In this document: positions 27,460-36,695 of the stretch, piece by piece
Position numbering within the stretch: the stretch's first letter is position 1
How the letters are laid out: every line of letters begins with the position of its first letter
Assembly (NCBI GenBank): GCA_001001485.1
Contig: LCKO01000004.1
Span: 4,761-68,760 of the forward strand
From: Candidatus Collierbacteria bacterium GW2011_GWB2_45_17
Lineage (GTDB): Bacteria; Patescibacteriota; Microgenomatia; UBA1400; MFAQ01
Reading direction: 5' to 3'
Length of the DNA stretch: 64,000 nt
The notes under the pieces: model-generated
Seen by the model: the letters and a program-made list of their open reading frames with translations, nothing else
Database searches by the model: none
What the model was told of the DNA's origin: nothing
Made by a program: the position numbers and the translations under genes

Positions 27460-27965
27460 AAAAAAGAACTCAAGGAATCAAGGACTCAAGAACTCAAGAT
27501 GTTGAGAGATTTCTGGTTACAGAGCCGGGGAAGTATGAGTATGAAGTTATTATGGATGAGTTGAATAGTGAGAAAGATCTTTTGGGAATTATAAAGGCAG
27601 AAACCGAGGGAGATTATGAAATAAATCTGTTATCGAGACATGAGGTGGGGAAGACAAAATGTCGAGTAGAAGTCAAAGGAATTGTTTCTAATGGGGCAAG
27701 AGTAAAAGTTAAAGGTCGGGTAAAAATAGACGAGGGAGCTATAGGATCAGATAGTTTTTTGGCCATGAAACTCTTGATGTTGGATAATCGAAGTTTGGCA
27801 GTGGCTGAACCGGAACTAGAAATTGAGAATAATGAAGTCAAAGCCAGTCACAGTGCCAGTGTGGGAAGAATAGACGAAGAACAACTATTTTACTTAGCCA
27901 CTCGTGGAGTTTCTAAATCTGAAGCAGAAAAGTTAATAATTAAAGGCTTCTTGGGGGTAGAATAA
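27456..27965 (+). CDS. sufD: Short SufD (C-terminal core only)
   Basis: PELEI....V.ASH.A.VG.IDEEQLFYL..RG; 169 aa. Confidence 0.85.
   Translation: MKKRTQGIKDSRTQDVERFLVTEPGKYEYEVIMDELNSEKDLLGIIKAETEGDYEINLLSRHEVGKTKCRVEVKGIVSNGARVKVKGRVKIDEGAIGSDSFLAMKLLMLDNRSLAVAEPELEIENNEVKASHSASVGRIDEEQLFYLATRGVSKSEAEKLIIKGFLGVE
27464..27499 (+). repeat. 36-bp octamer unit (AAGAACTC-like x4 + AAGA) in sufD
   Basis: AAGAACTC AAGGAATC AAGGACTC AAGAACTC AAGA; encodes RTQGIKDSRTQD. Confidence 0.8.
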
Positions 27966-27969
27966 GAAT

Positions 27970-29214
27970 ATGTTGGATGTACAGAAAATTAGGGAGGAGT
28001 TTCCGATACTAAAGCGGAAGATTAATGGACATGATTTGGTGTACTTGGATAGTGGGGCGACGAGTCAGAAACCGGAGAGTGTCTTGAGGGCGATGGATGA
28101 TTATTATCGGAATAATAACGCTAACATTCATCGAGGGGTCTATGACATGTCAGTAGAGTCAACCAGAATGGTGGATGAGGCCAGAGAGAAAGTAGCGAAA
28201 TTTATCGGGGCTAGGACAGAAGAAATAATTTTTACCAGGAATGCGAGTGAATCGCTTAATTTGGTGATGTATTCGTGGGGAAAGAAAAATATTAAAGAAG
28301 GCGACGCTGTTTTGGTGACTCGCTTAGAGCATCACTCGAACTTTGTGCCTTGGCAAGTACTTTGCAAAGAAAATAAGGCGGAGTTTAGAGTTTGGAATGT
28401 TGATAGGGAGGGGAGGTTAGTGGATGAGATTGCTTCGGTTCGGAGTACCGAAACTCGCAATGACGGGAAGGTGAAGTTGATTGCGATGACGGGAGCGAGT
28501 AACGCAATTGGGACCTTGGTGGATATTAAGAAGATGGTGGAGATGGTGAGGAGTAAGAATCCTGATGTAGTGGTAGTTTTGGATGCGTCGCAGATGGTGC
28601 CGCACATGAAGGTGGATGTTTCCAAATTGCCAGTGGACTTTGTAGCTTTTTCGGGACACAAGATGCTGGGGCCAACAGGGGTTGGGGTATTGTGGGGCAA
28701 AAAAGAAGTTCTAAACAAAATGGAGCCATTCTTGTATGGTGGGGACATGATTGGAGAAGTAGGGCTGGAAAGTACGACTTGGGGAGAGTTGCCCAATAAA
28801 TTTGAAGCGGGAACACCAGACATTGCCGGAATAATTGGCTTGGGGGCGGCGGTAGATTATTTGGAAAGTTTGGGAATGGATAATGTCAGAGAGCATGAAA
28901 AAGAGCTGATTGGATATGCTTTGGAGAAGTTTAAGGAATTGGGAGATTTGGTAACAGTATATGGAGTAGATAATGTGGAGGAGAAAGGCGGGGCTTTGGC
29001 GTTTAATGTGAAAGGGGTTCATGCTCATGATGTGGCGCAGGTTTTGAACAACTATGGAATTGCGGTACGATCTGGACAGCATTGTGCCGCTCCACTGGTG
29101 ACCAGTTTTGGAGTGTCGGCGATGGTGAGGGCGACTTTTTATATTTACAATACTAAAGAAGAAATTGATTATTTGGTAGAAAAATTGAAAGAAGTACCAA
29201 AAGTGTTTGCTTAA
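27970..29214 (+). CDS. sufS: Cysteine desulfurase
   Basis: YLDSGATSQKP, EHHSN, FSGHKM.GPTG, RSGQHCA. Confidence 0.97.
   Translation: MLDVQKIREEFPILKRKINGHDLVYLDSGATSQKPESVLRAMDDYYRNNNANIHRGVYDMSVESTRMVDEAREKVAKFIGARTEEIIFTRNASESLNLVMYSWGKKNIKEGDAVLVTRLEHHSNFVPWQVLCKENKAEFRVWNVDREGRLVDEIASVRSTETRNDGKVKLIAMTGASNAIGTLVDIKKMVEMVRSKNPDVVVVLDASQMVPHMKVDVSKLPVDFVAFSGHKMLGPTGVGVLWGKKEVLNKMEPFLYGGDMIGEVGLESTTWGELPNKFEAGTPDIAGIIGLGAAVDYLESLGMDNVREHEKELIGYALEKFKELGDLVTVYGVDNVEEKGGALAFNVKGVHAHDVAQVLNNYGIAVRSGQHCAAPLVTSFGVSAMVRATFYIYNTKEEIDYLVEKLKEVPKVFA
28426..28464. repeat. In-frame palindromic insert (GAGATTGC...CTCGCAATGAC family) in sufS
   Basis: 39 bp encoding EIASVRSTETRND; related copy at 32917-32978. 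Confidence 0.8.
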
Positions 29215-29622
29215 ATGTCGGACTACAAGGATGAAATTATTGATCACTACAAAAATCCGAGGAACTTTGGGGAATTAGAGAACGCGGATGTGACCATAAA
29301 TGAGGCGAATTCGTCATGTGGGGATGTGGTACAGATACAAATAAGAACTCTAGGAAACAAGAACTCAAGAACTCAAGATAAGGAAGATTTGGTAATAAAA
29401 GAGATGAAGTGGCGGGGGGTGGGGTGTGCGATTTCAACGGCCGCGGCCTCGATGCTGTCGGAGAAAGTGGTGGGGATGGACAAGAGAGACTTGGAAAAGT
29501 TGGGAGAAACGGGGATAATAAAGATGTTGGGTGGCGAGATAAATCCAGGTAGGATGAAGTGTGCCATGCTCGCCTATCGTGGGTTATTGAGAATATTTGA
29601 GGAAAAAAATCAAAAAATCTAA
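29215..29622 (+). CDS. sufU: SufU/IscU-type scaffold
   Basis: DHYKNPRNFG, N.SCGD, GCAIS.A.AS, R.KCA.L. Confidence 0.93.
   Translation: MSDYKDEIIDHYKNPRNFGELENADVTINEANSSCGDVVQIQIRTLGNKNSRTQDKEDLVIKEMKWRGVGCAISTAAASMLSEKVVGMDKRDLEKLGETGIIKMLGGEINPGRMKCAMLAYRGLLRIFEEKNQKI
29343..29378 (+). repeat. 36-bp octamer unit in sufU
   Basis: AAGAACTC TAGGAAAC AAGAACTC AAGAACTC AAGA; encodes RTLGNKNSRTQD. Confidence 0.8.
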
Positions 29623-29644
29623 AAATCAAAAACTCAAAACTAAA

Positions 29645-30286
29645 ATGACAAATGATTGGAAATTGATTTTGAAAGTGATTGGAGGGAGCGCCTTGCTCCT
29701 TTTTGTGGTGATCTTTGGACTGTCGAAGATGGCGAGTCCAGATAGCACCCTAAAAGTAGACGAAAAAGTATTGTTGGATGGAGCAAGATTTATTAAAGAA
29801 AATGGGGAAATAAAAGTAACGGTGGTTAATTTTTCGGACATGCAGTGCCCGGCTTGTAAAGCGGCCGACATCCAGACCAGAGAGTTGTTTAGTAAGCCGG
29901 GAGTAAAGATTGTGACGAGACTTTTTCCCCTGCCAGCCAATTTACACCCTTATGCGCTGATTTCAGCTAAAGCGGTAGAGACAGCCCGAATCTTAGGGAA
30001 GGGATGGGAAATGATGACTCTGTTGTATGAAAAGCAAACGGAATGGTCGGCAGTGGACAAACCGGAAGAAAAATTTGCCGAGTATGTGAAGAGTCTGGGA
30101 TTGGATGAAAAAATATTTTTGGAAATGTTAGGTTCCAAGGAGGTGAAAGATAACGTTCAAAGAGACGCCGATTTGGCGGCTTCACTAAGGCTTTCCGGAA
30201 CCCCAACATTTTTTGTCAACGGAGAGCAAGTGGGGGCGCCATTCGTGGTCGGAAAGGTTAAGGAGCTTTTGGGAGAAAAACCATGA
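29645..30286 (+). CDS. DsbA family thioredoxin-fold protein
   Basis: FSDMQCPAC, FPL...H, GTPTFFVNG; N-terminal TM helix. Confidence 0.9.
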   Translation: MTNDWKLILKVIGGSALLLFVVIFGLSKMASPDSTLKVDEKVLLDGARFIKENGEIKVTVVNFSDMQCPACKAADIQTRELFSKPGVKIVTRLFPLPANLHPYALISAKAVETARILGKGWEMMTLLYEKQTEWSAVDKPEEKFAEYVKSLGLDEKIFLEMLGSKEVKDNVQRDADLAASLRLSGTPTFFVNGEQVGAPFVVGKVKELLGEKP

Positions 30287-30969
30287 TTAATATACCGATA
30301 CTGACGGCAACCGCTTTGGCTAACGGACTGAACCCTTGCGGTATTGGAATGCTGATTACTTTTTTGGGATACTTGTTGGTTTTTGGTAGGAAAGGAAGAG
30401 ACAGGAGTTGGTTGTTAAAAACAGGAATGATTTACATTGGCAGTGTTTTTGTGACCTACCTTGTTTTGGGATTGATGTTTTATCAGGTAGCTTTTTACAT
30501 GCAGAGGTGGTGGTTGGCAGGAGTGTTCAAACAAATTCTTGGAGGCGTGATTGTTATCGCCGGACTAATACAGTTGAAAGATGTATTTTGGCAAGACGCA
30601 CCCTTTCATCTGAGAATGCCAAAGATGGGTTTTGAAAAGATCAATAAATTGATGGCCAAGACCAGTTCCGGAGTGACGGTCTTGATTGGAGTATTGACGA
30701 CGATTTTTGCCACTCCATGTATGTTGCCCCTTTATGTGGGAACTACGGCTGTGATCGCCAGATCGGGATTGTCCATGACGGCGGTGCTTGGCTATTTCCT
30801 TTACTATAATTTGATTTTTATTATGCCGCTGATAATTATATTGACGGTGATGGTAGGGGGGAAACAGGTGGTGGAAATGAAAGAGTGGGAACATAAAAAT
30901 ACTGCTTGGATGAGATTTGTTTTGGGGACGGCTTTGGTGGTGATGGGAATAATAATATTTCTTAGATAA
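30283..30969 (+). CDS. CcdA/DsbD-like membrane electron-transfer protein
   Basis: GLNPC and TPC..P.Y conserved Cys pair, about 6 TM helices. Confidence 0.8.
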   Translation: MINIPILTATALANGLNPCGIGMLITFLGYLLVFGRKGRDRSWLLKTGMIYIGSVFVTYLVLGLMFYQVAFYMQRWWLAGVFKQILGGVIVIAGLIQLKDVFWQDAPFHLRMPKMGFEKINKLMAKTSSGVTVLIGVLTTIFATPCMLPLYVGTTAVIARSGLSMTAVLGYFLYYNLIFIMPLIIILTVMVGGKQVVEMKEWEHKNTAWMRFVLGTALVVMGIIIFLR

Positions 30970-31677
30970 ATGTCTCCAAAAAAACTAATCGGGAAGGTTG
31001 AGTTTAGGGAAAATTTGGCTGGACAAAATTATCTGGTTCGAATCGAATTTGACGAAAAAGTAGATTTTACTCCAGGGCAGTATGTCAGCCTGAAAGTAAA
31101 TAGCGAGGGCTTGAGACGGTCATACTCGGTGGCCAGTTTACCCGAAGAGAAGAGTATCGATGTTCTGGTGGACACAACACCGATGGGAGTGGGATCAAAG
31201 TATATCTTGGGACTCAGAGTTGGTGATGAAGTGGAAGTGTTGGGATTTTTGGGAAATTTTATAATTGACTTTCAAGCCACAGAGAAGGCCAGACACATCA
31301 TGTTTTTGGCTACCGGAACGGGAATCGCTCCGCTGAAGCCAATGATTGAAGATTTGCTATATAAAAGGAGTTTTATCGGAGAGATGAGGCTTGTTTGGGG
31401 AGTGCGACATGAAACGGATCTCTATTGGCTTAAAGAAATGGATAATCTAAACCGCGATTATGATAATTTTAAATTTGATATTGTATTGTCTCAACCAACG
31501 GAGGATTGGCCTGGGTTTAGAGGTCACTTGGGAGGGTTGGTGAACGAGCTGACACAAGACTGGAGTAAGACCTTGGTGTATCTATGTGGTTCACGCGAAA
31601 TGATTGTTGAGATGGAAAAGAGGTTAAAAGAAAAAGGAGTACCCGAAGAACAGATTCATTATGAGAAGTATTACTGA
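30970..31677 (+). CDS. FAD/NAD(P)-dependent oxidoreductase (FNR family)
   Basis: PGQY, RSYSVAS, GVGS, ATGTGIAP, YLCG, EKYY. Confidence 0.92.
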   Translation: MSPKKLIGKVEFRENLAGQNYLVRIEFDEKVDFTPGQYVSLKVNSEGLRRSYSVASLPEEKSIDVLVDTTPMGVGSKYILGLRVGDEVEVLGFLGNFIIDFQATEKARHIMFLATGTGIAPLKPMIEDLLYKRSFIGEMRLVWGVRHETDLYWLKEMDNLNRDYDNFKFDIVLSQPTEDWPGFRGHLGGLVNELTQDWSKTLVYLCGSREMIVEMEKRLKEKGVPEEQIHYEKYY

Positions 31678-31976
31678 TGATGATTGAAGAAAAAATTCGT
31701 GAGGCTTTGAAAAATGTAATTGATCCGGAATTGGGCGTAAGCATAGTTGATCTGGGTCTCATCTATGATGTTCGATATGAGGCAGGGGAAGCCGAAATAG
31801 AGATGACACTTACTAGCCCAGGTTGCCCCCTGGCAGGGGTAATTGATAAGAAGGTGAGAGAAGTGATGAAGGAAGTACCGGAGATTAAAAACGTCACCAT
31901 AGAACTGGTGTGGGATCCGCCTTGGAGTACCGGAGCGATGTCGGAAGAGCTGAGGGCGGAGCTTGGTATAGACTAA
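31677..31976 (+). CDS. SufT/DUF59 Fe-S maturation protein
   Basis: VIDPELGVSIVDLGLIY, MTLTSPGCP, WDPPW. Confidence 0.93.
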   Translation: MMIEEKIREALKNVIDPELGVSIVDLGLIYDVRYEAGEAEIEMTLTSPGCPLAGVIDKKVREVMKEVPEIKNVTIELVWDPPWSTGAMSEELRAELGID

Positions 31977-31979
31977 ATT

Positions 31980-32912
31980 ATGGAAAATACAATTAATAAT
32001 ATGGTCGTTGAAGATGAGTTTAAACATGGGGAAACAACTGAATTCGTGGTTGCAAGAGGATCTCGATCGCTAGAGGAAGTGAATGGAAGGTTGGGCTACA
32101 AATATGGCAAAAAAAATGGCTCACTTAAATCGGTCGCAAGTGAAATGTTTAGAGATATAAATAAATTTATGGCTGTGGAAGAACGTGACTGGGGAGCAGA
32201 TGTGTTGGCTGAAACGGGATTACCAGGGACGAAGGTGGTAATAGGAGGGGTCACTGTTTATTTTCATGGGATATCACACAGTCAAGGAAATGCCATAGAT
32301 AAAGGTGTTGGTAAGGAAGAGTTTGATATTTATCTCAAGGAGTGGGTGAATGATACATATTTTGATAAAAAAGAAGGCGTGGTCTTGGAGTCCGGCTTTA
32401 GGCAAGCATATCATATGAATCAGGGAGAACCGGCGGGGGAAGATACTGTAATGGATAATCTCTTCAGAGAGAGCATCGGTAGTTTGTTAATTAATACTGG
32501 AGTTGCAATTGTAATTTCTGGATTTTCGGCCATGATTCGGAGAAATAATATTGAGAGTGGGGTAATTCCCGATTTTCTAAAAAAAGTTATTGATGGCAGA
32601 AAATCAATAAAAGACTTGGTTGATTTGAGAAAATCGTTTTTTAAATTACCACAACCCTTCTGGACATTGCTTCTAGCAGAATTAGCTCCTACTCATGCTG
32701 TTGAAAAATCGATTGTTATGTATCGATTGGGTATGGATAGGGTAAAAGGAGAAAATACAATCCATTTTTTGTGCGGTCTGGATCATGAGCAACATATGGC
32801 AAAACTTGCAAAAGAAGAAGGTCTGTCACGGGTTGGAATGACAATGTTTACAAAAAAAGGTTTGGAGTTGGAAGGTAAACAGCTTTTGGAAAAAATGGTA
32901 GCAGACTCTTGA
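31980..32912 (+). CDS. Hypothetical protein (possibly TraB/GumN-like)
   Basis: 310-aa ORF; HGISH, LESG, CG..H motifs; weak call. Confidence 0.55.
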   Translation: MENTINNMVVEDEFKHGETTEFVVARGSRSLEEVNGRLGYKYGKKNGSLKSVASEMFRDINKFMAVEERDWGADVLAETGLPGTKVVIGGVTVYFHGISHSQGNAIDKGVGKEEFDIYLKEWVNDTYFDKKEGVVLESGFRQAYHMNQGEPAGEDTVMDNLFRESIGSLLINTGVAIVISGFSAMIRRNNIESGVIPDFLKKVIDGRKSIKDLVDLRKSFFKLPQPFWTLLLAELAPTHAVEKSIVMYRLGMDRVKGENTIHFLCGLDHEQHMAKLAKEEGLSRVGMTMFTKKGLELEGKQLLEKMVADS

Positions 32913-32916
32913 TTAT

Positions 32917-32978
32917 GGATTGCCACGGTTCGGTACCCTCTTTGGGGTATCCATAGAAGTACCGAAACTCGCAATGAC
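32917..32978. repeat. Intergenic palindromic element of the GATTGC...CTCGCAATGAC family
   Basis: Shares CGGTTCGG and AGTACCGAAACTCGCAATGACG with the sufS insert. Confidence 0.8.
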
Positions 32979-33000
32979 GCGAATAATGTAAGATATTGAT

Positions 33001-33468
33001 ATGAAAGTAATACTGGGGGCGGATCATGGGGGATTTGAAATTAAAGAGAAAACCAAGGTTTGGCTGGAGGAGATGGTGGACCTGCAGGGCCTGGCCCTGC
33101 AGGTGGTGGATGTGGGGAGTGAGAGGAGTGATCCGGATGATGATTATGTGGACTATGCCATGAAAGCGGTACTGGAAAGAAAAGATGATGACAGAATGAT
33201 TTTGTTTTGTCGGAATGGGATGGGGATGGCAATAACGGCGAATAAGCGAAAGGGAGTGAGGTGTGGCTTGGGGTTTGGGTCTGAAGCGGTGAGGAAGGGC
33301 AGGACGGATGATGATATCAACGCTTTGGCGATACCGGCAGACTATTCAACCGATGAGGGAGTAAGAGAAATGGTGAAAATATTTTTGACTACAGAGTTTT
33401 CTAATTCCGAGAGATATAAAGCAAGACTGGAAAAACTTAGTAAACTTGAGGCAATATGGTCACAATAG
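33001..33468 (+). CDS. rpiB: Ribose-5-phosphate isomerase B
   Basis: GADHGG, DDYVDYA, CRNG.GM.I.ANK..G.R. Confidence 0.9.
   Translation: MKVILGADHGGFEIKEKTKVWLEEMVDLQGLALQVVDVGSERSDPDDDYVDYAMKAVLERKDDDRMILFCRNGMGMAITANKRKGVRCGLGFGSEAVRKGRTDDDINALAIPADYSTDEGVREMVKIFLTTEFSNSERYKARLEKLSKLEAIWSQ
33080..33104. repeat. Perfect palindrome ACCTGCAGGGCC-T-GGCCCTGCAGGT in rpiB
   Basis: 12-bp arms; encodes DLQGLALQV; shares the GGCCTGGCCCT core with the 39.8/41.9/62.8 kb repeats. Confidence 0.8.
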
Positions 33469-34169
33469 TTCCGGCAATTCTGGAAAAAGATGTTACTTCT
33501 TTTTTGGAGAAGTTTGAGAAGATAAAAGGTAGTTGTAAGCGGGTTCAAGTGGATATAATTGACGGAAAGTTTGCGCCAACAGAGACGGTGATACCGGAGA
33601 TACTACTTAATATAGACACAGTGGTAGATTTTGAAGGCCACCTTATGGTGGAAAAACCGGAAAACTGGGTGGAGAGATGCGCGGCGGCGGGTATGACGGC
33701 ACTTTACGGTCAGGTGGAAAAAATGGAAGATAGAGCCAGGTTTGTGGCCGATACAGAATTTGCAGGCATGAAAGCGGGTTTGGCTTTTGACATCGACACT
33801 CCCCTGGATGGTTTGGAAGAGATAGTTAACGATCTGGATGGAGTATTGCTGATGGGGGTAAAAGCGGGCAGTCAGGGGGTACAGGAATTTGACGCGCGAG
33901 TGCTGGCTAAGATCAAGAAAGTGAGAGCGATGAGTGAATTTGTGACCATTGTGGTTGACGGCGGGCTGAAGGTAGAGAATATTAAAAAGTGTTTGGCGGC
34001 GGAGTGGGCGGAAGAGATAGTTGAGGATGAGTTTAACAAAAGTTTTTTGGGAATGGAGTTTGTGGTGGGAAGTGATTTGTTTGAGGCGCCTGATGTCGCG
34101 GTTGAGTTGGAGAGATTGGAATACTTGACGGAAAAAAATCCTCTGGATTCCGGATCAAGTCCGGAATGA
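33456..34169 (+). CDS. rpe: Ribulose-phosphate 3-epimerase (divergent)
   Basis: D.IDG.F, HLMV..P, MGV.AG..G..F, VDGG, VGS. Confidence 0.85.
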   Translation: MVTIVPAILEKDVTSFLEKFEKIKGSCKRVQVDIIDGKFAPTETVIPEILLNIDTVVDFEGHLMVEKPENWVERCAAAGMTALYGQVEKMEDRARFVADTEFAGMKAGLAFDIDTPLDGLEEIVNDLDGVLLMGVKAGSQGVQEFDARVLAKIKKVRAMSEFVTIVVDGGLKVENIKKCLAAEWAEEIVEDEFNKSFLGMEFVVGSDLFEAPDVAVELERLEYLTEKNPLDSGSSPE

Positions 34170-34212
34170 CAAGGGTGATGGAGTGAGATTCCTCGACGTT
34201 GCTCGGAATGAC
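34143..34212. repeat. Two tandem GATTCC...GGAATGAC palindromes; the first supplies the rpe stop codon
   Basis: CTGGATTCCGGATCAAGTCCGGAATGAC and GAGATTCCTCGACGTTGCTCGGAATGAC. Confidence 0.8.
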
Positions 34213-34231
34213 GGTGTAGTATAGTTGGGGT

Positions 34232-34855
34232 ATGGCATTTAAGAATTTGAAAGCGGTGACTATTTTTGGATTTGCGGACTGTCAACCAGCCGATCCTCTG
34301 TACAAAGAGACGGTGGAAGTAACCAGGCTTTTGGCTCAGAACGGACTGGAGATCGTTAATGGGGGAGGGCCTGGGGTGATGAGGGCGGCCACAGACGGAG
34401 CTCATGAAGGGGGAGGAGTAGCTTCGGTGGCTACATTTTATCCAAAGTTTATTGAAAATTTTGAAGGAAAAGATCCGCAAAATAAAGCGGATAAAGAGAT
34501 CATCATGAATAACTATGTTGATAGAACCATGAAACTCTTGGAGCTCGGTGATGCTTACGTCATCTTTAACGGAGGAACCGGAACTTTGTCAGAGCTAGGG
34601 ATGGCTTGGGGACTGGCTTATTTGTACTTTGGCCATCACAAACCGCTGATTTTGTATGGTGGTTTTTGGTATCCGATAATTGAAGAATTGGTTAAGAACA
34701 TGAGAATCGGTTCTAGGCCGGGAGCCTTGAGAGTTTATAAAATAGCGACCACGCCGGAGCAGGTTTTGGAGTATCTAAATGAGTTTGATTTGGAAATGCC
34801 TCCTAGGACTGAGATAAAAGATGACTTGAGTGGAGAGAAGGCGTTTATTGAGTAG
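34232..34855 (+). CDS. LOG/SLOG family nucleotide-binding protein
   Basis: NGGGPGVM.A, R..KL, GGTGTLSEL, KPLILYG. Confidence 0.88.
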   Translation: MAFKNLKAVTIFGFADCQPADPLYKETVEVTRLLAQNGLEIVNGGGPGVMRAATDGAHEGGGVASVATFYPKFIENFEGKDPQNKADKEIIMNNYVDRTMKLLELGDAYVIFNGGTGTLSELGMAWGLAYLYFGHHKPLILYGGFWYPIIEELVKNMRIGSRPGALRVYKIATTPEQVLEYLNEFDLEMPPRTEIKDDLSGEKAFIE

Positions 34856-34876
34856 GTGGTTTGGTAAGATGGAGGT

Positions 34877-35725
34877 ATGAGGTTTTCTGATTTGGAAGTG
34901 AAAGCAAATGAGATAAGAGCCGAGGTAATAAAAATGCTGGTAGAGGCGGGGACGGGCCATCCGGCCGGCGCGTTGGGGTCGGCTGATTTTTGGACATTAT
35001 TGTATTTAGGGGGATTGATAAAGATTAACCCCCAAGATCCGTGGAACGAAGATAGAGATAGAGTAGTTTTGTCGGCAGGGCATTACTGTCCGGTGCTATA
35101 CGCGGTCCTCGCCGAAGCGGGATTTTTTCCGAAAGAGGAACTTTCGAGTTTACGTAAAATTGATAGCAGATTGCAGGGGCATCCGGTGGCACGAATGTTA
35201 CCCGGGATAGAAAATAGCAGTGGCACGCTGGGCCAAGGAATAAGCGTAGCGGTGGGAATGGCACTGGCGGCTCGAATGGATAAAAAGAAACACAGGGTAA
35301 TTTGTTTCATGGGAGATGGTGAGCAAAACGAAGGACAGGTCTGGGAAGCGTACATGAGCGTGGCAAAGTATAAACTGTCAAACTTAACCATCGTGATTGA
35401 TAGAAATAATATCCAGATAGACGGACACACTGAGGACGTGATGCCACTGGAGCCATTAGAAGAAAAACTGAAAGCTTTTGGATTTGCCGTGATAGAAGTG
35501 GATGGACATAATATGGAAGAGATAGAAAAAGCAATGAATAGAGCAAAAGTAACTTTTGAAAAGCCGACGGCGATAGTTTTACACACTATCCCTGGGAAAA
35601 ATGTGGATTTTATGGAGAATGATTATGCTTGGCACGGCAGAGCACCCGGAATGGGAGAGACGGTGCAAGCCCTGATGGAGCTACATAAGTTAAGAACTTT
35701 AGATGGAAAAATAATTAATGATTAA
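34877..35725 (+). CDS. Transketolase N-terminal subunit
   Basis: GH.AG.LG, RDR.VLS.GH, GTLGQG, GDGE..EG..WEA, DRN..QIDG. Confidence 0.95.
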   Translation: MRFSDLEVKANEIRAEVIKMLVEAGTGHPAGALGSADFWTLLYLGGLIKINPQDPWNEDRDRVVLSAGHYCPVLYAVLAEAGFFPKEELSSLRKIDSRLQGHPVARMLPGIENSSGTLGQGISVAVGMALAARMDKKKHRVICFMGDGEQNEGQVWEAYMSVAKYKLSNLTIVIDRNNIQIDGHTEDVMPLEPLEEKLKAFGFAVIEVDGHNMEEIEKAMNRAKVTFEKPTAIVLHTIPGKNVDFMENDYAWHGRAPGMGETVQALMELHKLRTLDGKIIND

Positions 35726-36695
35726 TCACGAGATGAATCTTGTGGAAGATTGGAATAACTTGGAAAAGAGGCCGATGAGGGATGGATATGGAGAGGCGAT
35801 GGTGGAGATGGCCAGGAAAAATACTAAAGTGGTGGTCTTGATAGCCGATTTACTGGAAAGTTTGAAACTGGATGAGTTTAAAAAAGAGTTTCCGGAGAGA
35901 TTAATTGAAGTGGGAATACAAGAACAGAATATGATGGGGCTGGCGGCTGGCATGGCTTTGTCTGGAAAAATTCCCTTTGTAAATTCTTTTGCCTGTTTTA
36001 GTCCGGGGAGAAATTGGGAGCAGTTACGGATCTCGGTCTGTTTGACAAAAAATAATGTCAAGGTGATCGGAGGACACGCGGGATTTGGAAACGGAACCGA
36101 TGGAGCCAACCAGCAAAGTTTTGAGGACATGGCGATTACGAGGGTATTGCCGAACATGATAGTCTTGGCGCCGGCGGACTATGAACAAATAAAAAAAGCG
36201 GTTTGGAGAGTAATGGCTTTAGACGGACCGGTTTACATGAGAATGACAAAGCCGGCCAGAGAAGGAATGACGACCAGAACAACTCCTTTTGAAATCGGAA
36301 AAGCTCAAGTATTTCGAGAAGGAAAAGACATTTCAGTATTTGCTTGTGGCAGTATGGTCTACGAGGCTATGCTGGCGGCCAAAGAACTGGCAGGGACAGT
36401 AGAGGTGGAGGTAATTAATGTCCACACTATTAAACCGCTGGACACTGAAGCGGTGGTGAAGTCGGCCAGAAAAACCGGAAAAGTGGTGACGGCAGAAGAA
36501 CATTCGATAATTGGAGGTTTGGGGAGCGCGGTGGCAGAGGTACTGGGCGAAAATTATCCAGTACCGATGAGGCGGGTGGGAATGCGAGATACTTTTGGGG
36601 AAAGTGGAGAGCCGGAGGAGTTGATGAAAAAATATGGTTTAACAAAGAACGAAATAATTAAGGAAATAAAAATACTAGTAAATAAAAATGAGTAG
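35718..36695 (+). CDS. Transketolase C-terminal subunit
   Basis: EVGIQEQN, ED.A..R.LPN, TIKPLD, EEH...GGLG. Confidence 0.95.
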   Translation: MINHEMNLVEDWNNLEKRPMRDGYGEAMVEMARKNTKVVVLIADLLESLKLDEFKKEFPERLIEVGIQEQNMMGLAAGMALSGKIPFVNSFACFSPGRNWEQLRISVCLTKNNVKVIGGHAGFGNGTDGANQQSFEDMAITRVLPNMIVLAPADYEQIKKAVWRVMALDGPVYMRMTKPAREGMTTRTTPFEIGKAQVFREGKDISVFACGSMVYEAMLAAKELAGTVEVEVINVHTIKPLDTEAVVKSARKTGKVVTAEEHSIIGGLGSAVAEVLGENYPVPMRRVGMRDTFGESGEPEELMKKYGLTKNEIIKEIKILVNKNE

